Positions 43,249-53,059 of a stretch of DNA of 64,000 nucleotides are shown here, piece after piece (the first letter of the stretch is position 1; each line of letters opens with the position of its first letter). The stretch is from the sequence record NC_048048.2; one strand, given 5' to 3'. A model generated the notes under the pieces. The model did no database searches, was not told where the DNA came from, and saw only the letters and a program-made list of their open reading frames with translations. The position numbers and the translations under genes are program-made.

Positions 43249-43554
43249 TCAACCACCCTTACTGAGAGCGGCCAGCGCGTCGTTCAGCTTCTTGTGGATG
43301 ATCGGCCGATCCTGGGCGTCGGTCAGGCGCTTGGGCATCCTCTGGGGCAGCCCCAGGTATTCGCGCCCGCGCCGGCGCAGTTCGGCCGGGTCGGTGATCT
43401 GGTCCTCGAAGAGAGCGCGCAGGAGTTTTCCGACGCCGATCATCTTGCCGATCAGGACTTCCTCGACGACCCGCTTGCTAGGCGGCTTGCGATTCTCGAA
43501 GGCCTGTAGATCGAGACACAGATCGACCCAGACTAAGTTGGCGGAGTCTCTCAC
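43249..43554 (-). CDS. hypothetical protein
   Basis: Start uncertain; overlaps the end of the upstream gene. Confidence 0.4.
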   Translation of the reverse strand: MRDSANLVWVDLCLDLQAFENRKPPSKRVVEEVLIGKMIGVGKLLRALFEDQITDPAELRRRGREYLGLPQRMPKRLTDAQDRPIIHKKLNDALAALSKGG

Positions 43555-43873
43555 GCGCTGATGGACGGTTTGGCTCCACCACTTTGGGGGCGGGGCGGAG
43601 GCTTCTTTGGATGAGGTCTTCATAGGCCTTGGCGCCAATCTCGATCTTGGTGTTGTCCATCCGGCGGTACTGCCGCTCGCAATAGCCCCAGACCATCGCC
43701 CAGTCGGCGTCTTCACGGGTAAAGCCCAGCACCCCCAGGGCAAGGTCAAGGTCGCCGACGGTGAAGTCCATCAGGCAGATGCGTTCCTCGGGGCAGGCTT
43801 CGTCGAAGCGCGCCAATTCGGCGTCGCGTTCGGAGACGTAGCGGCGTTCACGGGTGTTGAGGGAAGGACTCAT
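43478..43873 (-). CDS. hypothetical protein
   Basis: Follows a promoter motif. Confidence 0.55.
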   Translation of the reverse strand: MSPSLNTRERRYVSERDAELARFDEACPEERICLMDFTVGDLDLALGVLGFTREDADWAMVWGYCERQYRRMDNTKIEIGAKAYEDLIQRSLRPAPKVVEPNRPSARERLRQLSLGRSVSRSTGLRESQAA

Positions 43874-43983
43874 GGGTCGGAGCCTTCATGTCACGCCTCG
43901 TGACACGGGTCAAGATTTGCGCAATGGCACCAGCAACCAGACGATGCCCGTCAGGACCAGCGCCGCGAAGACAACGGCCTCCA

Positions 43984-44499
43984 TCACAGCGCTCCGGCGC
44001 AGGCCAGGGCCATCTTCCAGCCGCGCTCGGTCGGTTCGAAGCGGGCCACCGGCGAGATCAGCTTGGGGTCGTTCAGGAAGTGGGGATCGAGCCATCCCTT
44101 GTTCTTCTCGACGATGGCGTCCAGGCTGGAGGCCTGGAACACCAGGACCTTGCGGCCCTCGTAGTTCGTGCAACCTGGATAATCGATCTCCAGGACCAAG
44201 CCCCGGCCGTTCCGCTGCTCGCGAATCAGCTTCCACTTGACCGGATCGGGATCGCCGGGCGCCAGGGACATGGGCGACACCCCGCCCCGCGTCTTAGGCG
44301 CGCTGCCTGGAGACACCGAGCCTCGGATCGGCTCGGGCTCCCGATAGGAACTGCCGGGCGAGATCGACGACCTGACAGCGCGGGGCGCCCCGCCGATCGA
44401 GAAGGGCCGAGGACTAGCCTCGGTCTTTCCCGTCGACAGGATGCGTGGGCCGCTCGCCGCCCTGGGCGAGCGCCCCGAGGAGAACAGCCGCATGCCCAT
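43984..44499 (-). CDS. hypothetical protein (conserved C-terminal phage domain)
   Basis: YPGCTNYEGRKVLVF...DPHF...PVARF.PT..GW. Confidence 0.55.
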   Translation of the reverse strand: MGMRLFSSGRSPRAASGPRILSTGKTEASPRPFSIGGAPRAVRSSISPGSSYREPEPIRGSVSPGSAPKTRGGVSPMSLAPGDPDPVKWKLIREQRNGRGLVLEIDYPGCTNYEGRKVLVFQASSLDAIVEKNKGWLDPHFLNDPKLISPVARFEPTERGWKMALACAGAL

Positions 44500-45932
44500 C
44501 AGAATTGCGACGCGACCAGGGCGCGGATGTCGTCCAGGTAGTGGGCGTTGACGACGCGGCCGGTGTTGAAGCGCTCGACCAGGAGATCGTCGGGCCGAAC
44601 CTCGCCCGCGACGATGTTGACCGACTGATAGCCGGTCTCGGGGTTGTAGATCAGCGCGAACCGCCCGGCCTTGGAGGCCTTGCCAGGATCGGTGATCGGG
44701 TCCTTCATGATCGGCGTCTCGACGCCGTCGATCACGTGGTTGGAGGCCTTCATCGCCCAGCGGTTCTTGTCGCGATCCATGTCGGCCGTCGCCATGCCGC
44801 CGCCCGCCGCCGTCATGACGCTGTCGGGCGCGATGGCCAGGGATTCGGCGACCTCGAACGGCTGCATGTGCGTCTTCTCGTTCATGCCGTCGCCGGTCAG
44901 GACCTTGACGCCGTAGCGGATGACATCGCGGCCCTTGGAGTTGCGGTCGGTGCCGAACCCGCCGGCCAGGATGCGCAGGACCTCCGGGTTGACGTCGAAG
45001 ATTTCACCCGAGTCCGGCCGGCAGACCATGGTGATGTTCTTGTTGATGATCGCTTCCTTGCGGGTGACCAGCGTCTTGGAGAACTCGAAGATGTTCCAGG
45101 TGTCGCCGACCAGCGACAGGATGGAACCTTCGGGCACGCGCTCGATGGCGTTGTCGATGTAGTCGGCGTCGTTGTCGCGTCCGAAGCCGCACGAGATCGA
45201 GTGCTCCGACGCGATGACCGAATAGCCGGCCATCTCGTGATGGTAGTAGTAGTTGACGTGCCGGATCGCCGGATAGTTGTCCGAACCCATGAAATGGAAC
45301 AGATGGCCGATGCCGGCGAGGCACGAATGGTCGTAGCCCATTACCCCCCGCGAGGAGAAGTCCAGGAACGCGAACGGGCTCATCGGGTTGTCGCTGCGGT
45401 CGACCCACGAGGCGTTGATGCGCTGGGCGATGTAGAAGTTCCGCGTCGCGATCGAGCAGGCCGTCCACAGGTCGCGCAGGATCATCGTCTCGAAGTAGCT
45501 GGTCAGCCAGTAGAGGTCCGGGTCCAGGTTCTCGACGGTGAAGAGGACGTTCCTGACCGGCACCAGGGTGCCCTCGGCGACGGCCTTGATCCGCAGCGGC
45601 AGCCAGCCGTCGTAGACGTCGATGATCTTGCGCCAGCCGGCCTCGTTGAACGGCACGCCGTGCTTGGGAAGGTCACGCCGCAGTTCGGCGAGGTCTTCTT
45701 CGGTGACGCGCTGGCCCAGCTTGGCGTAAAGCAGCGGCTGGAGTCCGGCGAACATGATCGCCGGATAGTGGCCGCCACGGCTCTCGATGTAGCTGTAGAC
45801 GCTCGTCGTGCCCGTCCGGTAGATCAGGAAGTGGCTGAACTTGTAGCTGTCGGTGTCGGCCACGAGGTTGTACCGCAGCGGCGGCATGTGCTCGGGCAGG
45901 CGTTCCTTGATGCGCAAGGCGTGTCTCCTCAA
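44499..45932 (-). CDS. nadV: nicotinamide phosphoribosyltransferase (NAMPT/NadV)
   Basis: DTDSYKFSH, DFSSRG, SEHS, GDTWN, RPDSG, KDPITDPGKASK.GR motifs. Confidence 0.92.
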   Translation of the reverse strand: MRRHALRIKERLPEHMPPLRYNLVADTDSYKFSHFLIYRTGTTSVYSYIESRGGHYPAIMFAGLQPLLYAKLGQRVTEEDLAELRRDLPKHGVPFNEAGWRKIIDVYDGWLPLRIKAVAEGTLVPVRNVLFTVENLDPDLYWLTSYFETMILRDLWTACSIATRNFYIAQRINASWVDRSDNPMSPFAFLDFSSRGVMGYDHSCLAGIGHLFHFMGSDNYPAIRHVNYYYHHEMAGYSVIASEHSISCGFGRDNDADYIDNAIERVPEGSILSLVGDTWNIFEFSKTLVTRKEAIINKNITMVCRPDSGEIFDVNPEVLRILAGGFGTDRNSKGRDVIRYGVKVLTGDGMNEKTHMQPFEVAESLAIAPDSVMTAAGGGMATADMDRDKNRWAMKASNHVIDGVETPIMKDPITDPGKASKAGRFALIYNPETGYQSVNIVAGEVRPDDLLVERFNTGRVVNAHYLDDIRALVASQF

Positions 45933-47101
45933 AAGCTGGCGTAGCGGCCGATCATGTAGTCGGCGATGTGGGCGTGGTCCTCGAAGGTGTCGGTCGGATC
46001 GAGGTCGAAGGTGGGCATCCAGAAGGCGGACTTGGCGTCGTCGCTGCCGATCAGGCGCGGCAGGCCATAGCCCTTCGGGATTTGGAACAGGAACGCTTCG
46101 GTGATCAGGTGACCGCGCCGCGAGCGGTTGGGATCGTCAAACCGGTGGCCCTCGCCCTGGTGGAAGGACTTCAGCAGAGCGATCGCCTCGCGCAGGAAGC
46201 CGGGGTCTGTCGGCGCCTCGCGATTGGCGACGCGCGCCTCGTGGCACTCGCCCAGATAGGCCGTGAAGGCCGGCAGGTCGCGGTCTTCGATGAAGATGCC
46301 CGTCTCCTCGACCCCTTCGCGCGCGGCGCCGTCCAGCAACCGCTCGCCAGGGTTAAGGAAGCCGCCGGGCAGGCCCTTCATGCCAGTGCCCTCCTCGCCG
46401 CCGCGCTCGATCATCGCGATCTGGTCGCCGGCCAGGATCACCGGGTCGACGGTTTGGTGCGGACCTGGACCCCATTTCTCGCGATAGGCGATCTCGGCCG
46501 CCAGTTGCTTCATGAGGTAGGCATAGACCGGGCGGTCACGGAAGCGGCGCAGGAACTCGACGGTGGGGCGCGGCACAGTGCTCCAGTCAAAGCCGTCGTT
46601 CCACCCCTTGGCGTCGAAGTCGACGGCGCCGGTGAAATAGGCCTTGCGGATCGCCGTGGCGTTGGAGCCGGTGTCGGTGACCGCCACGTAGTCCCAGGCC
46701 CGGAACCACGTCAGATATTCGCTGGTGGCGTCGCGGATGTTGCCGACCAGGGCCACGCGCGGGCGCAGCGCCTTGGTCGAGCCCCGGACCGAGGCGTTGA
46801 CCGAGTCGATCCAGCCGGCCTTGTTGTAGGGCAGGTCGTTCAGCGGCGCGAAGGAGATGCGCTCCATGTCGCCGGCGCTGTAGCGTTCCCGCAGGCAGGC
46901 CTCCATCACATCACGACGCTCCTCGTAGGTGAACGGATTGCGCGTGTCTCGGGCGACATTGGCCGACCCGATCATGATGTGGACGCGGTCGGAGACATCC
47001 ATGGCCTTGTCGATCACCCGTCCGTGCCCCTCTTGGAAGCACTGGAAGCGGCCGATGACGCCGGCGACGTCGTAGAGAGCGGTCGAGCGGTACGAAGTCA
47101 T
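45929..47101 (-). CDS. nadM: bifunctional NMN adenylyltransferase / Nudix ADP-ribose pyrophosphatase (NadM-Nudix)
   Basis: IGRFQ.F..GH, IGSAN, RNPFTYEER, NATAIR; Nudix box GGF...GE...GAAREGVEETG. Confidence 0.9.
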   Translation of the reverse strand: MTSYRSTALYDVAGVIGRFQCFQEGHGRVIDKAMDVSDRVHIMIGSANVARDTRNPFTYEERRDVMEACLRERYSAGDMERISFAPLNDLPYNKAGWIDSVNASVRGSTKALRPRVALVGNIRDATSEYLTWFRAWDYVAVTDTGSNATAIRKAYFTGAVDFDAKGWNDGFDWSTVPRPTVEFLRRFRDRPVYAYLMKQLAAEIAYREKWGPGPHQTVDPVILAGDQIAMIERGGEEGTGMKGLPGGFLNPGERLLDGAAREGVEETGIFIEDRDLPAFTAYLGECHEARVANREAPTDPGFLREAIALLKSFHQGEGHRFDDPNRSRRGHLITEAFLFQIPKGYGLPRLIGSDDAKSAFWMPTFDLDPTDTFEDHAHIADYMIGRYASF

Positions 47102-47122
47102 GGATGTCCCCGAGATTGGCGC

Positions 47123-47536
47123 TTAGGCTTCGGCGGCCGGTTCGTCGCCCGCCGGGGCGGTCTCGGCCTTGGCGGCGCGGCCCTTGGCCGGGGCAGCCTT
47201 TTCCGGTTCCGCGACCGGGGCGGCGGCGGCGTTGCTCGACTCGTCAGCGGCCGGCGCGGCGCCGACTTCCTCGAACAATTCGGCGAACGCGGCCGGCGAG
47301 TAGACTTCGATCTTGTTCTTGCCGACCAGGACCAGGAAGTCGCCGTTGTTGGCGTTGGTCACCACACCGTTGGACGGGACCAGCAGCGTGCCCACGCCCG
47401 ACATGCCGAGCGGCGCCCAGGTGTTCAGCGAGGTCAGGCCTTCGTACTTCTGCGCCCATTCCGGCCACGTCGAGCGATCAGCGTGGCGGTCCCAGGCGAA
47501 CGCCTCGACGGGCAGCGGCTTGCGTTGATAGGGCAT
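47123..47536 (-). CDS. hypothetical protein
   Basis: YQRKPLPVEAF...GDFLV phage-type pattern; AGGAGG SD. Confidence 0.6.
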   Translation of the reverse strand: MPYQRKPLPVEAFAWDRHADRSTWPEWAQKYEGLTSLNTWAPLGMSGVGTLLVPSNGVVTNANNGDFLVLVGKNKIEVYSPAAFAELFEEVGAAPAADESSNAAAAPVAEPEKAAPAKGRAAKAETAPAGDEPAAEA

Positions 47537-47612
47537 CAGGCCCTCCTTGTTACAGATGCGGGAGAGGTAGCATGTCCATGACGCGAGAACTAGCCCCGCG
47601 CCATGAATTCTA

Positions 47613-48038
47613 TCACGCCGTTTCGGCGGTCTTCGCGAGGTTCTTGGCCAGTTGCGTGACCGCCCGTTGGTTGGTCTGATCCAGGCCCAGATAGGACTCG
47701 GCCAGTTCAAGGCCGCCGACGGCGGCGAACTTGGTGAAGGTGTCGGGCTCGATCACGTCTTCCTGGTCGCTGACCGCCGGGAAGAAGTAGCTGACCGGCA
47801 CTTGCAGGAACTTGGCGATGTCGTAGAGCTTGGAGGCCGACACGCGGTTGGAGCCGCGCTCGTACTTCTGGACCTGCTGGAACGTCAGGTCCAGGGCGCC
47901 GGCTAGTTGCTGCTGCGAAAAGCCCATGACCTTGCGGCGGGCGCGGATTTTCTCGCCGACGTGCTTGTCGACGGGCGCGGGCTGCTTCTCGGGCGCGCCG
48001 AGCTTGGCCGGCGCGATGGCGTTCGTGTCTTGGGTCAT
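47613..48038 (-). CDS. XRE-family transcription factor resembling host alphaproteobacterial XREs
   Basis: VDKHVGEKIRARR...SQQQLA.ALDLTFQQVQKYERG.NRVSASKL. Confidence 0.9.
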   Translation of the reverse strand: MTQDTNAIAPAKLGAPEKQPAPVDKHVGEKIRARRKVMGFSQQQLAGALDLTFQQVQKYERGSNRVSASKLYDIAKFLQVPVSYFFPAVSDQEDVIEPDTFTKFAAVGGLELAESYLGLDQTNQRAVTQLAKNLAKTAETA

Positions 48039-48484
48039 CAGAGTTCTTTCCCTTCGGGATCGAGGATCGCCAGCTTGTAGCCGCAGGCCTTGAGCGTGGC
48101 GTTCAGGGTTGAAACCAGCGGACGCCGGGTGCGGTAATCCGTCCAGTTGCGCAGGGTCGTGGAGGACGCGCCCCCACGGCGGGTGATCTCGGCCTTCGAG
48201 AGATCGGTGTCTCCCAGGACCGTGATGGTCTTGACCAGCAGTCCGTCGATTTCGGCGACGGGCACACGGCGATCACGCGGCGGCGCGGGCGAGGTGTTGC
48301 GGCCGATCGGGCCTTCCACCGGCGCGCCCGACGAATTGACGAGCTTGGCCTGGACCTTGACCTCCTCGGGCACGACCGCCAGGGGGTTGTCCTTGGCGCG
48401 CCGTTTCACCAGCTTGGGACCGCCGCGCACCGTGTCTCGGCGCCCGGAGACCTTCCAGCCCTTCTTCTTCGTGAACGTCATCAT
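48038..48484 (-). CDS. protein with C-terminal HTH
   Basis: LSKAEITRRGGASSTTLRNW...P...TLNA.L.ACGY. Confidence 0.65.
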   Translation of the reverse strand: MMTFTKKKGWKVSGRRDTVRGGPKLVKRRAKDNPLAVVPEEVKVQAKLVNSSGAPVEGPIGRNTSPAPPRDRRVPVAEIDGLLVKTITVLGDTDLSKAEITRRGGASSTTLRNWTDYRTRRPLVSTLNATLKACGYKLAILDPEGKEL

Positions 48485-48490
48485 GACCTC

Positions 48491-48727
48491 CTAGCTGAAG
48501 TCTTCCATGTCCTCGATCGCGCCGATCGCGACCAGATACTGCTTGTTCCCCGAGCCGATCCACCCGACCTTTCCACGGGGCGTCAGCGTGTTGACATTGA
48601 CCCAGGACGGGCGAGCGACGGTTCGGACGGGCTTGTCGCCATGGCCTTCGGCGAAGACCGGCGTGCCCTTCCTGATCCGCACCCGCGAACCGACCTTGAT
48701 CTTCTTCTTGACTTCCGTCGGGCTCAT
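48491..48727 (-). CDS. hypothetical protein (SH3-like)
   Basis: KVGSRVRI pattern; GGAGG SD. Confidence 0.5.
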   Translation of the reverse strand: MSPTEVKKKIKVGSRVRIRKGTPVFAEGHGDKPVRTVARPSWVNVNTLTPRGKVGWIGSGNKQYLVAIGAIEDMEDFS

Positions 48728-48924
48728 AGGAGGCCTCGGGACGCCAGGACTTTCTCGGCGCCTTCGACCGGACGCAGCCGGCCGCAGGCCTCTTCGCCAT
48801 CTTGACGTCGAGAGTTGCCCCAGGATTGCCAGAATGGCTTGGGCTCGGTGCCGCTCTCGGGGCTCCGCGCGCAGAGCCGCGCGCTGGGGCACTTACGATC
48901 GCCACACATCTCGAAGTCAGGCAT
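48724..48924 (-). CDS. small Cys-rich protein
   Basis: MPDFEMC...CP....C.R pattern. Confidence 0.5.
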   Translation of the reverse strand: MPDFEMCGDRKCPSARLCARSPESGTEPKPFWQSWGNSRRQDGEEACGRLRPVEGAEKVLASRGLL

Positions 48925-49153
48925 GGGTGTCACCCAGGATTTCGCGGATCGCCTCCCCTTGCAGCCGCAGCGCTTGATGGTCTTCATCCAGCACATGCAA
49001 AGCATGGCTGATAGACGCCTTGGTTGCAACAGGAAGTTCGCGATTAACGATCATTTCGATGAGGTCAGCGGTATCCGCGAGCAACTCCCGATAGGTAGCT
49101 GCCTTCTTCCTCGCGGCACGCGCCGCGTCGAGGGAGAAGAGGACGGCGGTCAC
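48917..49153 (-). CDS. hypothetical protein
   Basis: Coupled ORF. Confidence 0.5.
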   Translation of the reverse strand: MTAVLFSLDAARAARKKAATYRELLADTADLIEMIVNRELPVATKASISHALHVLDEDHQALRLQGEAIREILGDTHA

Positions 49154-49422
49154 AGGTTCTTCATCGCCAGGGACTGGATGTTGGTCTTGGCGCTGTCGAG
49201 CACGCGTTCCAGGCGCTGGGCCGCGTCGACGATCCCCGGCGGGATCATGTCGCCCTGGGCGGCCAGTTCCTTGCTGGCGGCGATTAGGCCCTCGACCTGA
49301 TCGACATAGTCCTGGACCTGCTGGCGGCTCTCGGCCTTGGCGGCGGCCAGGAGATCGGCCAGCTTCTGGCGGGGGGCTGGCGCGTTCGGATGCAGGGTCT
49401 TGACGTTGGCGGTAGCCGGCAT
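49150..49422 (-). CDS. hypothetical helical protein
   Basis: AGGA SD. Confidence 0.55.
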   Translation of the reverse strand: MPATANVKTLHPNAPAPRQKLADLLAAAKAESRQQVQDYVDQVEGLIAASKELAAQGDMIPPGIVDAAQRLERVLDSAKTNIQSLAMKNL

Positions 49423-49438
49423 CGGGGTAATCTTCCTT

Positions 49439-49663
49439 TTACTTGTCGTTGGCGATGTCGAGATACTCGACGTCAATGGTGTAGCCGGTGATCTTGGGCT
49501 GCGGCCCAAAGATCATGTTCTCGTGTATGCCGTCGGTGAGGACCTCCGACTTGATCGAGCGCACGTCGGGGTCCATGGCCAAGCGCATCAGCATGGCGTT
49601 GAACGCCTCGCCGGCCTGTTCCATGGTCCCGAAGGCGCCGCGAACGTCGAAGACCCTCTTCAT
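49439..49663 (-). CDS. hypothetical protein
   Basis: Compact ORF in operon. Confidence 0.55.
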   Translation of the reverse strand: MKRVFDVRGAFGTMEQAGEAFNAMLMRLAMDPDVRSIKSEVLTDGIHENMIFGPQPKITGYTIDVEYLDIANDK

Positions 49664-49667
49664 GGCG

Positions 49668-50231
49668 CTATCCAGCCCCGAGCGTCGTGGGGACGTAGGC
49701 GAAGGGCTCCAGGTCGTGGGCCTCCACCACGCTGGCCGCTTCGCCCGCCCAGCGGTTTTCCTGCTTGCTGATCCAGGACGACAGCACGTCCAGGCCGGCG
49801 GTCAGTCCCGGAGCCTCACTCTCGGCGATCGCCTTGATGATCTCGCAGAAGAGGTCGTTGACCTCCGGCGGGTTCACGCGGAAGAGGGCGGCGGCGCGCG
49901 CCGGCTCGAAGGGGTCCTTGCCCGTCAAGCCCATCGCCACCACGGCGCGGGCATAGACGTCGACCGGCACGCCCGAACCCCACGACCCGGCCAGGGCGTA
50001 GAGGTCCTCGAACTCGGGGAAGATGTCCAGCAGGTCCTCGGTGGCCGCGCCCTGGGTCACGACCGTATCGCCGCTCTCCTGGCGATCGACGATCCGATAG
50101 CCCAGCATGAAGATCGGATCGGGATTGCCGGAAGTCTGCGCCAGACCGCCCAGGGCTTGGTAGAACTGGGTCGGTGAGGCCGCCGACAGCGGCATCTCGG
50201 CCAGGATCGGGATGAGAACTTGGACGGTCAT
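49668..50231 (-). CDS. hypothetical protein
   Basis: Codon-biased ORF. Confidence 0.6.
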   Translation of the reverse strand: MTVQVLIPILAEMPLSAASPTQFYQALGGLAQTSGNPDPIFMLGYRIVDRQESGDTVVTQGAATEDLLDIFPEFEDLYALAGSWGSGVPVDVYARAVVAMGLTGKDPFEPARAAALFRVNPPEVNDLFCEIIKAIAESEAPGLTAGLDVLSSWISKQENRWAGEAASVVEAHDLEPFAYVPTTLGAG

Positions 50232-50246
50232 GAGGTCTCCGGCGCC

Positions 50247-50573
50247 TTAGGCGGCTTGGTTTTCGTAGTTGAGTTTGCGGGCGTATTGGCTGCCGCCCAG
50301 GCTGTCGCGCGGCAGGACGGTCGCCTCGGCTTCGGCCAGCGGCTCGATGTGCGTGCGGAAGGTCGACGAGGACGAGAACTTCTTGGGCACGTACTCACGG
50401 CAGCGTCCCGGCGCCCCTCGCACGTACTTGTGGTCGGCGCGGCCAGCGTAGATGAACTTGTCCGTCACCTTGGTAACCGTCTCGATGCGGATGTTGACGA
50501 GCTTACCCGTACGCGCCGAGATCGCCACGTACTTGACCAGTTCGCCCACCTGGGGGCTCCACAGATCAGTCAT
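50247..50573 (-). CDS. hypothetical protein
   Basis: GGAGG SD. Confidence 0.55.
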   Translation of the reverse strand: MTDLWSPQVGELVKYVAISARTGKLVNIRIETVTKVTDKFIYAGRADHKYVRGAPGRCREYVPKKFSSSSTFRTHIEPLAEAEATVLPRDSLGGSQYARKLNYENQAA

Positions 50574-51408
50574 CGTCGTTGCCTCCTGTCGAAAAGCGCG
50601 GGTTCTTGATCACGGTTTGCGGCTCGTCCTTGTAGGTCTCGTGCGCCGAGATCGTCGCCTTGCCGGCGACCGGCGTGCCTTGGCGGATGAAGCGCGAGCC
50701 GAAATAGGTGAGTATCTGACCGTTCTCGATCCTGATCTTGATCAGGTAGCGACCCGACATCCACGAGGTGGCCTCGCGCAGGCAGCGGGCGTCGACGACC
50801 TCGCCGGAGAACTCGATCCGCTCGCCCACCACGCCAACATGCCGGGCGTTGGCCAGCCGGGCGCGAGTCTCGTTGTCGCGGTCGATGAATTTCTGCACCG
50901 CCTCGATCTGGGCCAGGGTGAGGTCCTGGTGTTGGATCAGCCGCCACATCGAGGCGAGGAAACCGCCGGGTTGATCACGACCGTCTTCGGCCATCGCCTT
51001 GCGGGCGTAGAGGGCCGAAAAGCTTTGATAGAAGGGATCGGCCGCCAGCTTGTCCTTACGGGCTTCCCTGGCCTCTTCCTCGGCCTTCAGGCGCGCGGCC
51101 TGGGCGGCCTCGTAGGCGCCGCGCTTCTTCTCGCGTTGCTTGTCGCGCACGGCGTTGAGCTTGGCCAGTTCTTCGGCGGTGTAGAGCCGCTCGTGGCGGG
51201 TCTTGCCGCGACCATGGCCTCCGCATTGATAGCAGGTGTAGCCGGTCGCCGCCCATTGCTCGGAGCGACCCGCGCCGCCACAGCGACCGCACGGGTACTG
51301 GATGGCCGCGACGGGGCGACCCTTGTCGTCGACGCCGGTCTGGCGCGCGGACTGACCTTCCCGCAGGAAGAGTTCGACGATCTGTTCGGCGCTCTGGGGC
51401 AAGGTCAA
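50566..51408 (-). CDS. DnaJ-type zinc finger plus coiled-coil plus OB-like domain protein
   Basis: CGRCGG.G...CYQCGG.G; C-terminal GERIEF.GEV...G..LTYF pattern. Confidence 0.65.
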   Translation of the reverse strand: MTLPQSAEQIVELFLREGQSARQTGVDDKGRPVAAIQYPCGRCGGAGRSEQWAATGYTCYQCGGHGRGKTRHERLYTAEELAKLNAVRDKQREKKRGAYEAAQAARLKAEEEAREARKDKLAADPFYQSFSALYARKAMAEDGRDQPGGFLASMWRLIQHQDLTLAQIEAVQKFIDRDNETRARLANARHVGVVGERIEFSGEVVDARCLREATSWMSGRYLIKIRIENGQILTYFGSRFIRQGTPVAGKATISAHETYKDEPQTVIKNPRFSTGGNDDD

Positions 51409-51472
51409 CTCCTTTCGTTGACCAGACCATAGGGCGCACCCTGCGAGGCTGTCAACCGAAATCTCGCAGAAT

Positions 51473-51814
51473 TTACGGCTTGGCCTTGGGATGGGTGTTC
51501 GCCGCGATCCAGGCGCGCACGTGTTGAGGAAAGCCCTCCAGTTCCTCCTCCGAGCATCGCCACGGGATGCCGTCGGTCCCCACGCCGAAGGCGGTACGCA
51601 TCGGCACGATCGTGTACTGGTGGGCCATCAGGTCGTGGGCATAGGTGGCGATTGTGTCCTTGGTCCAGCGATCGTCGCCATCGGTGGCCGTGTCGATAAC
51701 GCCGTCCTTGCGGATGGCCACGATGATCACGGCGCGCAGATTGTGCTTCTCGCGCAGGGCGATGGCGTCGTCGGAGGTCACGATGCAGGCGGGGTCGTCA
51801 CGTTCAGTGGGCAT
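51473..51814 (-). CDS. hypothetical protein
   Basis: Compact ORF. Confidence 0.55.
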   Translation of the reverse strand: MPTERDDPACIVTSDDAIALREKHNLRAVIIVAIRKDGVIDTATDGDDRWTKDTIATYAHDLMAHQYTIVPMRTAFGVGTDGIPWRCSEEELEGFPQHVRAWIAANTHPKAKP

Positions 51815-51820
51815 GGGCGT

Positions 51821-52078
51821 TTACTTGGAAAGACGGGCTTCGATGTCTTCGGAGATGTGGGCCAGGATCAGTTCCCGCGCCTGGGCCGAGGCCATGTCGA
51901 CGAATTCCTCGGACAGGGTCGCCGGGTCGACATCCAGGCCCACCGCGTCCAGGGCGGCAAAGACCAGCGGATGGGAGAACTCGCGAAAGAGGCTGCGGAT
52001 GGTCACGGGCGCAGCTTCGATGCGCTCGTGGCTCAAGGCCTCGTTGGTGAGTTTCTGATAGCGGCTGATGTCAAGCAT
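51821..52078 (-). CDS. hypothetical protein
   Basis: Coupled to the upstream gene. Confidence 0.55.
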   Translation of the reverse strand: MLDISRYQKLTNEALSHERIEAAPVTIRSLFREFSHPLVFAALDAVGLDVDPATLSEEFVDMASAQARELILAHISEDIEARLSK

Positions 52079-53042
52079 TGGCGACGGCGACCTTCCAGTT
52101 GGGGATGACGCTGGTCAGCAGCATGTCGGCATCGCCCACGTCCTGGATGATCTGCATCTGAAGTTGTTCGAACGAGGCCACCGCCACCAGCGCCGTCTGG
52201 GCGCCGGAAAGCAGGGTCCTGATCCGGTTGGACGCCAGCATCTGGTGCATGGAGTCCGTCAGGCCCTCGGCCGCCACCTGCATGGCCACGCAATGCAGTT
52301 GCAGGTTTTCGACCTTGGGCTTGATCGTCGACATGAACGGCCCGATCTGCCCCAGCAATCGCTGGCATTGGTCGCGGGCGCCAGTCAGCATCGACTCGTA
52401 GTAGCCGGGCTTGGACTTGCCGCTCAGCTTGTCCAGAAAGCCCATGGGCTTGCTCGACGCTTCCTTGGTGTCGGCGATCCAGTTCTTGATCCGCGTGCCG
52501 CTGTAGGCCTGCGCGATCTTGACCTGTTCATTGGTCACGCTGACGTTGATCGCAAGATCGTCAGCACCCCAGTTCGTCCATTCGGTGACCGGGATGTCCA
52601 GGATTTCTCTGATCTTCGGACGGATGCGCGGATTGGCCCCGACGACCGGGTCCAGTTCGAGCGCTCGGGCCGCCAGGGCGTCGATCCGGTCAGGGACGCG
52701 AGCCGGCGAGACGGCGGGGACCGCCGACGAGATCGGGGATGCGAAAGAGGGAGCCGGCGGCCATGTCGAGGTCTGCTCGAAGTAGGGCGTGCGCTCGGGC
52801 TCGGGGGAGGAAGCAATGGTCCGACCCTTCGGGGCGGGACGCGGGGCCTCCTGGGGCTCCTCCGACGCGACGATCTGGCGGCCGACCGGCGGACTGCGCA
52901 GAGGCGCTTCGGGCTCGGGGCTGCTGTTGATGATCCTGGGACGCATGGAGGGTGCTGCCTTGGAGGGGTGGTCGACGATCGGCGAGGGCTCGATTGGAGC
53001 CCCCGCCGAGGCCGGCGTGATGATGCGAGGTCTGATCGCCAC
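52071..53042 (-). CDS. ter/tel-cluster-associated protein (Pro-rich repeats plus helical domain)
   Basis: GTG start with AAGGA SD; R..I..S.EP repeats; last gene of the ter operon. Confidence 0.55.
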   Translation of the reverse strand: MAIRPRIITPASAGAPIEPSPIVDHPSKAAPSMRPRIINSSPEPEAPLRSPPVGRQIVASEEPQEAPRPAPKGRTIASSPEPERTPYFEQTSTWPPAPSFASPISSAVPAVSPARVPDRIDALAARALELDPVVGANPRIRPKIREILDIPVTEWTNWGADDLAINVSVTNEQVKIAQAYSGTRIKNWIADTKEASSKPMGFLDKLSGKSKPGYYESMLTGARDQCQRLLGQIGPFMSTIKPKVENLQLHCVAMQVAAEGLTDSMHQMLASNRIRTLLSGAQTALVAVASFEQLQMQIIQDVGDADMLLTSVIPNWKVAVANA

Positions 53043-53059
53043 GCGGTAGTCCTTACTGG

